Source: Christensenella sp. UBA4626
Lineage (GTDB): Bacteria > Bacillota > Clostridia > Christensenellales > UBA1242
Reading direction: 5' to 3'
DNA length: 57,051 nt
NCBI GenBank assembly: GCA_002406115.1
Contig: DHNC01000035.1
Location: forward strand, 89,349-146,399
Position numbers and translations under genes: made by a program
Shown: piece by piece, positions 38,343 to 48,269 of the stretch
Position numbering within the stretch: position 1 is the first letter of the stretch
How the letters are laid out: the number at the start of each line of letters is the position of its first letter
The notes under the pieces: model-generated
What the model was told of the DNA's origin: nothing
Seen by the model: only the letters and a program-made list of their open reading frames with translations
Database searches by the model: none

Positions 38343-38570
38343 ATGAAGAATGATACATTAAGAAAGTCAATCATCAGGCAACGCTTGGTTGAAGAAATTG
38401 AAGCATCAAAACTGCCTTTAAGTAAAATTGCAAAGCAAATTGGTTGCACAACCAGTATGTTAAGTCAATATAAAAGCACAAACAAACTGCCTTCGCTTGT
38501 CATGCTTGCCAAAATTTGCGAAGTGATTGGCGCTGATGCAAATTATATCTTAGGGATTTCAGTCGAGTGA
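38343..38570 (+). CDS. XRE-family helix-turn-helix transcriptional regulator
   Basis: ~75 aa; LPLSKIAKQIGCTTSMLSQYKSTNKLPSLVMLAKICEVIGADANYILG is a classic HTH_3 domain; ATG 38343 preferred because the track start TTG 38325 lies inside the second palindrome. Confidence 0.85.
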   Translation: MKNDTLRKSIIRQRLVEEIEASKLPLSKIAKQIGCTTSMLSQYKSTNKLPSLVMLAKICEVIGADANYILGISVE

Positions 38571-38595
38571 AAATTCGACTTCATTTTACGCACCG

Positions 38596-40128
38596 ATGAA
38601 AAAAGAACGCTGGTTTAATTACAGACCTTTGTGCCTAGTTTTTATATTTTTAATGCTAGGCAGTGTTTTTGCCTTTTATGGTATAGTAAGGCATGACAAT
38701 ATTCTTTTGATTATTTTTAGTTTAATCAGTTTCTTGGTCTGTTTGGCAGTTTTGATTTTCTTTGCTGTCAGAAACAAGAATATCAAGTTTGTTCTCGTGC
38801 CAATTATTGCATTTTTTGTTGGTGTCGGTTCTTTTTTCATCGCAAAAACCAGTTTTGAAGTTAAAAATCTGGAACAACCCACAATCGTTACCGCACGCAT
38901 ATATTCCGTAAAGATTTTCAACAACTGTTACAAGGTGGAAGTTGACAATCTTTATTTTGACGGGATAAAAATGTCTGGCAAGGCTGAAATGTATGTTTAT
39001 GATTATAGTTATCAATTTTCAGGGATAGAGGTTGGGGCAAACATCAAATTTAAACCTACATCCATTTCTGCAACCAAATTATGTGACGGAGAAATTCCGT
39101 CTGCGGCGTATTATAACAGAAATGTAAAATACAGAATAAACGCAAATATTTCCAGTTTCACGTTTGGCGAAACAAAACTTACTTTTGCCGAAAAGATAAA
39201 AGTCAAAATCAAACAAGTGCTTATGTTTGGGTTCAGCAACGAAAATGCAGAATTGATGTATTCTGGTATGTTTGGTGACAAGGCGGAACTGAACGAAACT
39301 TACAAAAACTCTTTCCAACTTTCTGGTGTGGCGCATTTGCTGGCGGTTTCTGGCTTGCACGTCGGCATCATTGTTGGGATTTTGAGTTTGTTTTGCAAGC
39401 TTTGCCACATAAAAAATTGGTATAAAGTTGTTTTGATTGGCAGCGTGCTTTTGTTCTATATGTACATCTGCAATTTTGCAACATCTGTTATAAGAGCCTC
39501 GATAATGTCTTTGGTTCTGCTTATGGCGCCACTTTTTAGGCGGAAATATGACACACTTTCCGCAATTGGCTTGGCGGGCATAATTTGCTTTATAATCGAC
39601 CCATTTATGCCATTTGACATCGCAGCGATGATGAGTTTTTCTTGTGTTGTTGGCATCTGTTTGTTTAGTCCGTCAATATCCAAGGTGCTTGCAAGGACAA
39701 AAATGCCAAAATATATAAACCAAAGTTTGTCCATAAGTTTGTCAACCACCATTTATTTGATGTTTATTATGGCGTACTTTTTCAACAATATGAATTTGAT
39801 ATCAATCATAGCGAATGTCTTGTTGATACCACTATTTACAATCGCATTTTCTGCTTCGTTTGTGGTCGGCTTTTTGGGTATTATATTTCCTCCGCTTGGA
39901 TACATTCTGTATCCACTTAACTATCTAATAGACTTTATCGCACTGGTGTCAAATGTGCTTGGCAACTTGCCTTTTGCAAATATCGTCACAACAAAAATCC
40001 AATGGATAATAATCGTGATTTATCTGACTATGCTTGTGATGATGTCACGCATCACAACCGCAAAACCCACACATAAAATTGTTGTTGTGCTCACATTTGT
40101 TGCAATTTTGCTGGCTATTATGCTATAA
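38596..40128 (+). CDS. comEC: ComEC/Rec2-family DNA internalisation channel protein (no C-terminal metallo-beta-lactamase domain)
   Basis: 510 aa polytopic; OB-like N-region, competence-domain signature SGVAHLLAVSGLHVGI; comEC-holA-rpsT synteny as in Bacillus. Confidence 0.85.
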   Translation: MKKERWFNYRPLCLVFIFLMLGSVFAFYGIVRHDNILLIIFSLISFLVCLAVLIFFAVRNKNIKFVLVPIIAFFVGVGSFFIAKTSFEVKNLEQPTIVTARIYSVKIFNNCYKVEVDNLYFDGIKMSGKAEMYVYDYSYQFSGIEVGANIKFKPTSISATKLCDGEIPSAAYYNRNVKYRINANISSFTFGETKLTFAEKIKVKIKQVLMFGFSNENAELMYSGMFGDKAELNETYKNSFQLSGVAHLLAVSGLHVGIIVGILSLFCKLCHIKNWYKVVLIGSVLLFYMYICNFATSVIRASIMSLVLLMAPLFRRKYDTLSAIGLAGIICFIIDPFMPFDIAAMMSFSCVVGICLFSPSISKVLARTKMPKYINQSLSISLSTTIYLMFIMAYFFNNMNLISIIANVLLIPLFTIAFSASFVVGFLGIIFPPLGYILYPLNYLIDFIALVSNVLGNLPFANIVTTKIQWIIIVIYLTMLVMMSRITTAKPTHKIVVVLTFVAILLAIML

Positions 40129-40136
40129 TCAAACCA

Positions 40137-41045
40137 ATGAAGTTTATTGAACTAAACAAAAGTTTAAAATCAGATTTGCGTCACCTTTATGTTTTGCAAG
40201 GTGATGATGCTTTTTTGCAAAATCAGGCAATAAATTTAATCAAGGCTGCAACTATCACCGATTTGGAAGAATTTAATTTTGTCAAAATGGACGGCAACAA
40301 ACTCAATAAAAACGAATTTATTGCGCAGTTGGAAACTCTGCCAATTGTAAACGAATATAGGATGTTGGTGGTTGACACACCAGCAAATGATATTTGTGCC
40401 TATTTGCAAAAATATACGCTTGAAGATTTTCAGATTGTAGTGTTAAAAAATTGCAAGGCCAATTTTGGCACGACTGTTGATTGCGCCAAACTAGATCGGA
40501 TTGATATCACAAAATATATCGGCAACTTTTTCACCAAACGTAACCTAAAAATTGAAGAGCAGGCAGTTGATTATATCATTGATGCAACTGACGGCAATAT
40601 GTCAAAGATATTTAACGAGTTAAACAAAATTGCGGATTTCATGCAGGGCAGGGATTTGATAACCATGGATGTTGTTACAAATTTGGTTGCAAACAGCAGC
40701 GAATATGTGAGTTTTATGCTTACAAATGCGATAGACAAAAAATCATATGGTGAATATCAAAAAATCCTCAATTCAATGACAAAATCGCAAACTTCAAGTG
40801 AAATTTTTGCAATGCTGGGCAAATATTTCAGACGTATGCAATATATCGCCTTAAATAAGGACGATGCTGCACTTGCCTCAATTTTAAACATAAAACCATA
40901 CGCAATAAAGATGTCAAGGCAAAATATTGCCAAAAATGGCACAAAATTTTATATCGGACTTTATCAAAAATATGTCGATTTGGATTATAAAATCAAATCT
41001 GGCAAAATCACCCCAGACAATGCTTTGTATAGTTTAATATTCTAG
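40137..41045 (+). CDS. holA: DNA polymerase III delta subunit
   Basis: 302 aa; size, LYVLQGDDAFL N-terminus and conserved position after comEC. Confidence 0.75.
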   Translation: MKFIELNKSLKSDLRHLYVLQGDDAFLQNQAINLIKAATITDLEEFNFVKMDGNKLNKNEFIAQLETLPIVNEYRMLVVDTPANDICAYLQKYTLEDFQIVVLKNCKANFGTTVDCAKLDRIDITKYIGNFFTKRNLKIEEQAVDYIIDATDGNMSKIFNELNKIADFMQGRDLITMDVVTNLVANSSEYVSFMLTNAIDKKSYGEYQKILNSMTKSQTSSEIFAMLGKYFRRMQYIALNKDDAALASILNIKPYAIKMSRQNIAKNGTKFYIGLYQKYVDLDYKIKSGKITPDNALYSLIF

Positions 41046-41093
41046 TGGAGTGTGAAATTATTTTAAAAGGATGTGCCAATATTCTAGGAAAAT

Positions 41094-41753
41094 ATGCAAA
41101 TCAAAGTTAAAATTATCAAAAGCAAAAGAAAAACTATCTCTCTTTCGATTGATCGCAATGCAGGATTGATTGCACGTGTGCCAAATCAATATAGCAGGGC
41201 ACAACTTGATGCTTTTATTAAGGAAAAATCTGATTGGATAATAAAACACATTCAACAAGCCAAAATGGAGCAAGAAAAATATAAGCCGTTTGAAATTGTG
41301 GATGGGGCAAAGATTGTGATTTTGTCAAAAGAGTATACAATCAATTTGTCGTCTAACAAGCGGTCAAAAGTGGTGGGCGACAGCATCATTTTAAGCCAAG
41401 AAAACAGCAGAGAACACCTCATAATACTTATCAAAAAAATGGTTAAAAATCATATGCTTTTGCGTGTAAAACAAATTGCAGAGGCATATAATTTTTCGTA
41501 TAAAAATATAAATGTTGGCAGTGCAAAATCGGTGTGGGGGTCATGCAGTTACGACAACAATTTAAATTTTACTTACAAATTGGCATTTACACCATATTTT
41601 GTGATAGATTATATCATAGTACACGAATTGTGCCACACTCGTGTTAAAAATCATAGCAAAAAATTTTATCAAGAAATAAAAAAAATTATGCCAGAATATA
41701 AGTTGGCAGAGCAGTGGTTAAAGCAAAATAAAGGCATAATGCAATATTTGTAA
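41094..41753 (+). CDS. YgjP-like (DUF45) M48-family zinc metallopeptidase
   Basis: 219 aa; WGSCS.. followed by HELCHTRVKNHSKKF (HExxH) near the C-terminus. Confidence 0.8.
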   Translation: MQIKVKIIKSKRKTISLSIDRNAGLIARVPNQYSRAQLDAFIKEKSDWIIKHIQQAKMEQEKYKPFEIVDGAKIVILSKEYTINLSSNKRSKVVGDSIILSQENSREHLIILIKKMVKNHMLLRVKQIAEAYNFSYKNINVGSAKSVWGSCSYDNNLNFTYKLAFTPYFVIDYIIVHELCHTRVKNHSKKFYQEIKKIMPEYKLAEQWLKQNKGIMQYL

Positions 41754-41757
41754 AATA

Positions 41758-41789
41758 CAAAAAAAAGTGAGCAAAAACTCACTTTTTTA
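41758..41789. terminator. Bidirectional intrinsic terminator between the DUF45 gene and rpsT
   Basis: AAGTGAG-CAAAAA-CTCACTT hairpin flanked by an A-run upstream and a T-run downstream. Confidence 0.85.
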
Positions 41790-41796
41790 TCCTAAA

Positions 41797-42054
41797 TTAC
41801 GCTTGGGTTTTGTAAGCACTCAATCTAGCCTTTTTCCTGTTAGCTGTTGCTTTTTGCAAAATATCTTTTGAAACAGCAGAATCAATCAAAGAAAAAGTTT
41901 CGCTCAAAATTGCGCTAGCATTTGCATCGTTTGCGTCAACAGCAGCTTTATATTTTTTGATATATGTTGCGATTTTTGATTTATATGATTTGTTTTCGCT
42001 TGTTTGTCTGTTGATAACTTCAATACGCTTTTTTGCTGATTTAATATTAGCCAT
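41797..42054 (-). CDS. rpsT: 30S ribosomal protein S20
   Basis: 85 aa; MANIKSAKKRIEVINRQTSENKSYKS canonical S20 N-terminus. Confidence 0.96.
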   Translation of the reverse strand: MANIKSAKKRIEVINRQTSENKSYKSKIATYIKKYKAAVDANDANASAILSETFSLIDSAVSKDILQKATANRKKARLSAYKTQA

Positions 42055-42211
42055 TTAAACCTCCAATTCAAAATTCAAGTCAAGTATATCAAATATAAGG
42101 GGTTTTGGCAAGTGGTTTTAACAAAATTTTACAAATTCATCACGAAATCCATTATATTCAAAAAACAATAAAAATATGCACACTAAAAAGCGGTTTTGCG
42201 TAACAAATAAT

Positions 42212-42919
42212 ATGTTAAATATATTAAAGCCCACTATTGCGGTGATTGACAGCGGAATTGGTGGCATAAGCGTTTTAAGTAGACTAATCGCCAAATATAA
42301 AGCGGGCAATTTTTTGTATTTTGCCGACAATCTTTTTATGCCATATGGCAACAAAACGGCAACGGGTTTAAAAAATAGGCTGGAAGCGGTCATAAATCAG
42401 TTGAATAAATTTTATATGCCTGATATAATTTTGATTGCGTGCAACACTGCGTCAAGTGTAATTGATGATAGCAAATTTCCAAATGTCAAAACAATCAAAT
42501 TTAACAACAATGGCACATATTTAACAACAAAATTGACAAAGCGACAATTAAAAGGTTATAATGTGCTGGTTGATGCAAGTTTGGCATCTGTTATTGAAAG
42601 GAACATAAACAAACCAAGCAAATTGGCGCAAAAGATAAATCAACATTCAAGAATGAATAATTTAGCAAGTTACGATAGTATTATATTAGGTTGCACTCAT
42701 TTTGAATTGGTTAAAAGTTTATTTGAAAAGTGTTGCAAAAACACAAAATTTTTATGCAATAGTGACAGTCTTATTGATAATATTGACTTTAAACCTAATC
42801 AGTCGTTTGCGACAATCAAAGTTATACTCTCAAAAAAAGATGAAAGATATTCTGACCTCATAACAGGTCTTATAAAGCAAAAAGTGGAGGAAGCATGTGT
42901 GGAATTTATGGATATATAG
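42212..42919 (+). CDS. murI: Glutamate racemase
   Basis: IAVIDSGIGGISVL, ACNTAS and LGCTHF catalytic-Cys motifs; ATG 42212 or 42176 (start uncertain). Confidence 0.9.
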   Translation: MLNILKPTIAVIDSGIGGISVLSRLIAKYKAGNFLYFADNLFMPYGNKTATGLKNRLEAVINQLNKFYMPDIILIACNTASSVIDDSKFPNVKTIKFNNNGTYLTTKLTKRQLKGYNVLVDASLASVIERNINKPSKLAQKINQHSRMNNLASYDSIILGCTHFELVKSLFEKCCKNTKFLCNSDSLIDNIDFKPNQSFATIKVILSKKDERYSDLITGLIKQKVEEACVEFMDI

Positions 42920-44568
42920 GGCAAAAAGACGCTTTTGACGTAGTTTTGGAGGGTCTTGGCTTGCTGCAATATCGAGGATACGATTCTTGCGGTATTGCCT
43001 ATTTTGACAACGGCTTTAAAGTGACAAAAGCGGTTGGCACACTGGATAATCTTAAACACCCTGCAGTCAATTCCCGCTTGGCTTTCGGACACACAAGATG
43101 GGCAACAAATGGTCAAGTGAACGTTACAAATGCACATCCACACTATTCAGTCAATCACGAATATACTTTGGTTCACAATGGCATAATCAATAATGCGGAA
43201 CAGTTAAAAAGCGAACTCGAAGCAAAAGGCATCAAATTTTATTCTCAAACTGACACAGAGGTTATCGCAAATCTAGTATACACCTTGCCAGGGGATATAG
43301 AAGAGAAACTTAAAGCCTGTGTCAAATTGCTGGATGGCAGTTATTCGCTTATTATAGGCGATAAAGATAAAAACCTTTATTTGTTAAAAAAGTTTAGCCC
43401 ATTAAACTTTGTTAAAGCGGCGGACGGCATATATATTTCAAGCGATAAGTCTAGTTTGCCTTCTGGGGAACTATATACGCTTAAAGACGGCGACATAATC
43501 AAAATAAATGAAAACACAATCGAATTTATTCAAGGCAGGTTGGAATTTGTTAAGCACGAGAACGACATAAAGCAATTGAGCAAAGGCAAATATCCGCATT
43601 ACATGATAAAAGAGATTATGGAAACGCCAAGAGCGTTAAAAAATACATACAATTCAATTTGTCAAACCGATTTTGCAAAGGTTTTTGAGCAGTATAAAAA
43701 AATCACCTTTATCGGTTGCGGAACAGCGTATCACTCTTGCTTGGTGGGCGAATATTTGTTCAAACAACTATCTAGGTTTGACACCGAACATTTCTTGGCT
43801 TCAAACTATCTTACAAACAAAAAGATAAGCAAAAAGCATTTGCATATCATTGTAAGTCAAAGCGGTGAAACGGCGGATTGCATAAAGGTGGCGGAACAAA
43901 TTAAAAAACAAAAAGGCAAAATCCTTTTGATAACCAACGAAGAAAAAAGCAGCCTGGCAAATCTAGTGGACATTGTGATTTGCACACACGCCAACAAGGA
44001 AATTGCCGTTGCAAGCACAAAAACTTATTGCTGCCAACTGTTTGTGTTTGAATATATTTATCACAAATTAAAAGACAAAAATTACAATTTAAATATTGAT
44101 GAATTTGCAACCAAAATTGAAAAATACATCAACAAAACTGATGTTTCTGATTTGGTGGACATTTACAAAACCGAAAACAAGATGATTATGATAGGCAAAA
44201 ATTTTGATTATCTTGTTTTGAAAGAGGCAAGTTTAAAAATTCGTGAGATTGACTATTTTTATACCATTCCTATGTACGCAGGCGAACTGAAACACGGCAC
44301 GCTTTCTTTGGTAGACGAAAATACAGACGTCATCGCACTTGACACTCAAAACAGCCAAGAAATTCAAACGGCGATAAGCGAAATTAAATCTCGAAAGGGC
44401 AGAGTGATAAATATGCAAAAATATTTGCCAAAAGACATCTTTCAATTGGATTATAAGGCAATTTACGCAATTATACCATTCCAGTTGTTGAGTTACAATC
44501 TGGCGCTAAAATTGGGTATAAATCCGGATATGCCAAAGAACCTTGCAAAAAGTGTGACAGTTGAATAA
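42895..44568 (+). CDS. glmS: Glutamine--fructose-6-phosphate aminotransferase
   Basis: 557 aa; N-terminal MCGI nucleophile, two SIS domains, C-terminal KNLAKSVTVE; GGAGG RBS inside the murI 3' end. Confidence 0.95.
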   Translation: MCGIYGYIGQKDAFDVVLEGLGLLQYRGYDSCGIAYFDNGFKVTKAVGTLDNLKHPAVNSRLAFGHTRWATNGQVNVTNAHPHYSVNHEYTLVHNGIINNAEQLKSELEAKGIKFYSQTDTEVIANLVYTLPGDIEEKLKACVKLLDGSYSLIIGDKDKNLYLLKKFSPLNFVKAADGIYISSDKSSLPSGELYTLKDGDIIKINENTIEFIQGRLEFVKHENDIKQLSKGKYPHYMIKEIMETPRALKNTYNSICQTDFAKVFEQYKKITFIGCGTAYHSCLVGEYLFKQLSRFDTEHFLASNYLTNKKISKKHLHIIVSQSGETADCIKVAEQIKKQKGKILLITNEEKSSLANLVDIVICTHANKEIAVASTKTYCCQLFVFEYIYHKLKDKNYNLNIDEFATKIEKYINKTDVSDLVDIYKTENKMIMIGKNFDYLVLKEASLKIREIDYFYTIPMYAGELKHGTLSLVDENTDVIALDTQNSQEIQTAISEIKSRKGRVINMQKYLPKDIFQLDYKAIYAIIPFQLLSYNLALKLGINPDMPKNLAKSVTVE

Positions 44569-44569
44569 A

Positions 44570-46852
44570 TTACACATACCAACGATATTTCCCGTTTAAC
44601 AATTGGCTTTCAATCAGACCTAACAAATAGTCTTTGGGTCTGATTTTTTTTGTGTCCAAAAGTTTTCCGTCGCAAATCAATTCGTAAGTTATCTCGTCGC
44701 ACTTAAAAATGTCTTGGTCTTTAATTTCAATCGTGCCTTCGCTTTCCGCAAACTCTTTCATAATTTCCGATTTATTGTTGCTGGATTTAATTATGGCGTA
44801 ATTATGATTTTTTGCCGTGTCAAAATTCAACGTGCTGCCATACTTGCTTACATTTACAATCAGTTTTTCTTCGTTTGACAGAAGTTGTTCTGGCGTGTTT
44901 GTTGTCTTAAAATAGTCGTAAGCGATGTACCTTTCAAGATTAGTTGACGGGGCAACAATCCTATGGTTGTTTTGATATTCCAACAAATCATATTTTTCAT
45001 AGACCACTTCATCTGGTTTTTCAAACTTGGCAGGCGTTTGATTTTGATAAAGTTTTTCAAAAATTTGTTTGTTTATCTCGGTCGGTTGAGCGGAACTGTG
45101 TAGGCGACTATCAACTGCTTCATCCTTTATGTTTGCAATCCAACTTAAAACCGTGTGCTGAGTGGTGTAGGAAATATTATACAAATCGGTGTTTGCCTTG
45201 CCGTTAAATGCAGTGCCGGTTTTGCTTGCAATGTCAATATTAAGTTCACCCAGCCTTTTTGCGGTGCCAGATTTTGCAGTTTCATTTAGGCAATTTGTTA
45301 AGAGAAAACAAGAAGCATCATCAACAACCTTTTCGCTATATTGTTGGTGAGAATAAATTACATTGCCAGCCTTATCCAAAATTTTGTCGATAAAACTTAT
45401 TGGCTTAAACTCGCCATAATTTGAAATTGTCATATATGCGGACAAAAGTTGCTCCAAACACACACCGTTGCTTACCGCACCAAGGGCAAGAGATAAGTTT
45501 TTGTCCTTTTCCGAAACATTTATCCCTAAATCTGAGAGCGTGGAAATTGCTTTGTCTAACCCCACATATTCTAACGCCTTTACGGCAGGGATGTTTTGTG
45601 ATTTTGCAATTGCGTCCCTTGCTGACATAAAACCAAGATATTGACCATCAGCGTTTTTAGGTTTAAAGCCGGCATAATCAATTGGCTCATCCAAAATTGG
45701 CGTAATAGGCGACAATATATTGTGTTGAAAACAAGGCAGATACACAGCCAATGGCTTTAATATTGAGGCAGGCTGCCTTCGCATATTGTGAAGATTATAA
45801 TTGCTGTTTACAAAATATGCCAAAATTCTACCGTCGTTGCTGGCAACAATTGAAACGCTATCCAAACTTTGGTCGTAAGCGTTTTCAGCCGAAGATATAA
45901 CGGATTTGTTGACATCAATCAATTCGGATTGTAAATCATCTTGTTTGTTGGTGATTATTTCATAATTTCGATTTATCAAATCTCTTTCGGTGATGTTAAG
46001 CAATTTGCAGGCTTCAAAAATTGCCTCACGTTCATAACTGAAATCAAAATCAGAACTATCTGACACGTTTATCGGGCTGTTTACCACTTGATTTAACTGT
46101 TCTTGACTTATATCTTTGCTTTCATACATCATTTTTGCCACCAAATTTCGCCTATTTATCGAGTCCTCATAGTTTGTTTTTGGTGAATATTTGGCAGGCG
46201 ACTTTATCAAACCTGCCAGACAGCAAGCCTCGCTTAAACTAAGGTCTTTTGCGGATTTATCGAAATATATTTTGCTTGCATTTTCAATCCCATAAGCATT
46301 TTGCCCGAAATATATGGTGTTTAAATACATTTCCAAAATCTGATTTTTGTCAAACTTCTTTTCCATTTTTATGGCTAAAATTATTTCTTTAAGTTTTCGC
46401 TGATAGGTTTTTTCGTTGGAAAGTAGGGCATTTTTGATAAGTTGCTGACTGATTGTCGAAGCCCCTTGCGATTTAGACTTTGTTGTCAAATTTACAAAAC
46501 CAGCTTTTATTATTCTTTTTGCGTCAAACCCGTTGTGGTTATAAAATCTTTTGTCCTCAACGTCGACAAACGCCTTTAAAACATAATCTGGCAAATCCTC
46601 AATCTTAACAATGGAGCGGTTAGAGTTGTATAGCGAGTTATCTTGCATATTTGAAGAATAAACTTTGATGCCGTTGTTTACACTTGTAAGTTGATCCACG
46701 TCCAACTTGTATTTGTTGTACATAACGCCAAAATAAATCAAAGCACTGCCAAAAAGGCAGACAATCACAATAGAAAAACAAAGCATAACTAATTTCAGTA
46801 TATGTTTTTTCCCTTTTTGTTGTTTGATTTTGTTGCTTGAATTGTTCATCAT
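44570..46852 (-). CDS. Class A penicillin-binding protein (GT51 glycosyltransferase + transpeptidase) with C-terminal extension
   Basis: 760 aa; N-terminal TM, GT51 motifs VDVEDKRFYNHNGFD and GASTISQQL, transpeptidase SxxK (PASILKP), KTGT; ~150-aa extra C-terminal domain. Confidence 0.92.
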   Translation of the reverse strand: MMNNSSNKIKQQKGKKHILKLVMLCFSIVIVCLFGSALIYFGVMYNKYKLDVDQLTSVNNGIKVYSSNMQDNSLYNSNRSIVKIEDLPDYVLKAFVDVEDKRFYNHNGFDAKRIIKAGFVNLTTKSKSQGASTISQQLIKNALLSNEKTYQRKLKEIILAIKMEKKFDKNQILEMYLNTIYFGQNAYGIENASKIYFDKSAKDLSLSEACCLAGLIKSPAKYSPKTNYEDSINRRNLVAKMMYESKDISQEQLNQVVNSPINVSDSSDFDFSYEREAIFEACKLLNITERDLINRNYEIITNKQDDLQSELIDVNKSVISSAENAYDQSLDSVSIVASNDGRILAYFVNSNYNLHNMRRQPASILKPLAVYLPCFQHNILSPITPILDEPIDYAGFKPKNADGQYLGFMSARDAIAKSQNIPAVKALEYVGLDKAISTLSDLGINVSEKDKNLSLALGAVSNGVCLEQLLSAYMTISNYGEFKPISFIDKILDKAGNVIYSHQQYSEKVVDDASCFLLTNCLNETAKSGTAKRLGELNIDIASKTGTAFNGKANTDLYNISYTTQHTVLSWIANIKDEAVDSRLHSSAQPTEINKQIFEKLYQNQTPAKFEKPDEVVYEKYDLLEYQNNHRIVAPSTNLERYIAYDYFKTTNTPEQLLSNEEKLIVNVSKYGSTLNFDTAKNHNYAIIKSSNNKSEIMKEFAESEGTIEIKDQDIFKCDEITYELICDGKLLDTKKIRPKDYLLGLIESQLLNGKYRWYV

Positions 46853-46937
46853 CGTATTATTTGCATTTTGTAGAAAAATAATTTAATTTGTAATATTTTA
46901 GTTGAAAAAAATGCCGCTTTTTATTATAATGGTAGTT

Positions 46938-48269
46938 ATGAAAGAATTAAACGGAAAATTTTACCATATAGAAACTTACGGTTGCCAGATGAATGTACAC
47001 GAAAGTGAAAAAATTCGTGGCATTTTGTCCACTTTTGGTATGGCTGAAACCGATGATGTAAACAATGCAAGCATTGTTGTTTTTAACACCTGTTGCATAC
47101 GAGAAGGGGCAGAGGATAAGGCATATAGCAATATCGCAGCGTTAAAGAAATGGAAGCAAGCCGACCCAAACCGCATCATTGTTGTTTGCGGTTGTATGCC
47201 TCAACAAAAAAACGGCAAATATGACCTTAAAAAGCGTCTTACATTCGTAGATGTAGTTATTGGCACTCACAATATAAATATGTTGGGTGAATACATCAAA
47301 TCCGTGATAAACCAACGCAAAAGGATTGTTGAAATTGTAGATAAGCCAATCAACGGCATGGAAACGGACACTTGTATTCGTGATGACAAAATAAATGCAT
47401 ATGTAAACATCATTTATGGATGCGACAAATATTGCACTTATTGCATTGTCCCATATGTTCGTGGCAGGGAAACAAGCCGTCCTATGGCAGATATTTACAA
47501 AGAGGTTAAAGACCTTGTTCAAAAGCAAAATTACAAATACATCACACTTTTGGGTCAAAACGTAAACTCTTACGGCAAGGATTTAAACCCAAAAACAAAT
47601 TTTGCAACCCTTTTGAACGAGTTATGTAAAATCGAAGGTGACTTCAAAATCAAATTTATGACCTCACATCCTATGGATTTTGACTTAGACTTGATAAAAG
47701 TGATGAAAGAGCAAGACAAAGTTGCAAAAGCCCTTCATTTGCCAGTTCAATCCGGCAGTAGCAAGGTGCTTAAACGCATGAATAGGCATTATGATATAAA
47801 GCATTATTACAAAATCATTCGCAAGGTCAAACATTCAATACCAAACATTGCTTTATCAACCGACATTATTGTTGGCTTCCCTGGGGAAACGGAAAAAGAT
47901 TACAATCAAACTGTAAAATTGCTTAAAAAAGTGAAATACGACCAAGTTTTTGCCTTTATGTATTCACCAAGGACGGGCACACCTGCGGCAGTTTTTGAAG
48001 ACCAAGTTGACGATAAAATTAAAAACAAACGTGTCAATGACTTGTTGAGTGTCGAAAAAATAATTCAAAAAGACCTTATGACAAAAACATTTAACAAAAC
48101 CTACAACTGTCTGATTAGAACAATAAATGGCGTTGCAGTTGGCATAACCGACGGTGGACGTGAAATTTATCTTCCAAGTTACAAATACAACAACGAAAAC
48201 TATTTTGCAAACGTAAAAGTGGAAGGAATACGTAATCATAAATTGTCTGGGGTGGTTGTAGATGATTGA
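46938..48269 (+). CDS. miaB: tRNA-2-methylthio-N6-dimethylallyladenosine synthase MiaB
   Basis: FYHIETYGCQMN UPF0004 N-domain, radical-SAM CDKYCTYC, TRAM C-terminus; start among TTG 46902/ATG 46911/46938, the last preferred. Confidence 0.92.
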   Translation: MKELNGKFYHIETYGCQMNVHESEKIRGILSTFGMAETDDVNNASIVVFNTCCIREGAEDKAYSNIAALKKWKQADPNRIIVVCGCMPQQKNGKYDLKKRLTFVDVVIGTHNINMLGEYIKSVINQRKRIVEIVDKPINGMETDTCIRDDKINAYVNIIYGCDKYCTYCIVPYVRGRETSRPMADIYKEVKDLVQKQNYKYITLLGQNVNSYGKDLNPKTNFATLLNELCKIEGDFKIKFMTSHPMDFDLDLIKVMKEQDKVAKALHLPVQSGSSKVLKRMNRHYDIKHYYKIIRKVKHSIPNIALSTDIIVGFPGETEKDYNQTVKLLKKVKYDQVFAFMYSPRTGTPAAVFEDQVDDKIKNKRVNDLLSVEKIIQKDLMTKTFNKTYNCLIRTINGVAVGITDGGREIYLPSYKYNNENYFANVKVEGIRNHKLSGVVVDD

